DNA from: Fistulifera solaris | Taxonomy: Eukaryota | Assembly: GCA_030295235.1 (NCBI GenBank) | Contig: AP026149.1 | Span: 124,001 to 188,000 of the forward strand | Direction of reading: 5' to 3' | DNA length: 64,000 nucleotides | Shown: positions 63,113 to 64,000 of the stretch, one piece after another | How positions within the stretch are numbered: position 1 is the first letter of the stretch | Layout: each line of letters begins with the position of its first letter | Notes under the pieces: generated by a model | What the model saw: only the letters and a program-made list of their open reading frames with translations | What the model was told of the DNA's origin: nothing | Database searches by the model: none | Position numbers and translations under genes: made by a program

Positions 63113-64000
63113 ATGAGTTCTGATCCCGAGCTGCAAGAGCCTTTGATAGAACCGGTCGTCGTTGTAGAAGACACCAGCGTCTTGGTCGAAGAAACAGGGG
63201 CAGAAGCTTCGTTTGAAACAAATGAAAATGATGGTGTCGGACACGAACAACCGGCCGTGTACCGGGATGTCCTGTTTGCCATTCTATTTTATGTACAAGT
63301 TGTCCTCATGTTGGGAACGGCAGTGTGGTCCTTCCACTATTTGTGGAAACAAGACGAACCGGACACGATGGCACCCACCTTTGCCCCCACAGCGGCTCCG
63401 ATCCCCCAAAGGATGGAAGAACAAGCCGAGTGGATGTTTCCTTCGGACAAGGAAGAACGCCAAATTGTCGCGTGGACATTGGGATTTCTCTTTTGTCCTT
63501 AGCGTGTGCCATGGTATCGGTTGCACTCGTTTTGGTAGCCCTGCAACACTACAGCCACACAGCGGTCCAAATTTCGTTTGGGATCGCTCCCATCAGTAGT
63601 GTGTTGGTGGCAATTCTCATGACCTTTGTCAATCCGCACGCGTGTGCCCCATTTTGGATCACGGCCGTTCTGGTGGCGTTGTTATCGGCAATTCATTATT
63701 TTGTAGTACGTCAGTACATTCCCTTTACCGCCGCCAATCTCCAAATCGGATTGCAAGCCATTGATGCCACCAAGTCCTTGTTTGTTTATGCGGCATTGTT
63801 GCAAGTTATGACGATGGTGTATTGGATTGTTGCCGCGACGGCCTTGAGTGGTATAGTCGTCTATTATCACAATCAAGACGTTCCGTGCGGAGACGATGAT
63901 TCGGCGGAGCCGTGTCACAATTCCATACCCCTATGGATGGCCTTACTGTGGTTACTGGCCGTGTATTGGACCCAATCGGTGGTACAAAATGTGATTCGTG
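63113..64000 (+). CDS. Choline transporter-like (CTL/SLC44) protein, truncated by the window end; frameshifts
   Basis: YRDVLFAILF near the N-terminus; IPFTAANL; YWTQSVVQNVI. Confidence 0.75.

Noticed and set aside
280..63918. The many short antisense or alternate-frame ORFs in the ORF track
   Set aside because: They are shadows of the recognised genes or fragments created by frameshifts, and carry no independent motifs.

Overview
Gene-dense eukaryotic nuclear DNA, very probably from a diatom. The evidence is short GT-AG introns, bipartite plastid presequences with a signal peptide followed by AF, and a silicanin-like RXL/NQ membrane protein. About 25 protein-coding genes are recognisable. 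They include telomerase reverse transcriptase (TERT), an LYR protein, a BET-like bromodomain protein, IWS1, a JmjC/cupin oxygenase, a mitochondrial carrier, a BEACH/WD40 protein, a DUF1769-DUF547 fusion, an anoctamin, a USP deubiquitinase, a RING-BRCT (BRCA1-like) protein, plastid Deg protease and RF3, an NXPE/SGNH-like protein, alkaline ceramidase and a partial choline-transporter-like gene. Most long genes are broken by single-base indels. The ones I checked lie in homopolymers and are most likely assembly errors. Non-coding highlights: (1) a ~2.6 kb gene-free low-GC island with nested tandem duplications (candidate centromere); (2) a telomere-repeat/G-quadruplex motif in a divergent promoter (telo-box or possible telomerase RNA template); (3) recurrent palindromic GTAC arrays ~160-360 bp upstream of many start codons; (4) a perfect 20-bp-stem GAAA hairpin. 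No rRNA, tRNA, CRISPR array or intact transposon could be supported. Domain names come from motif recognition, not database searches.
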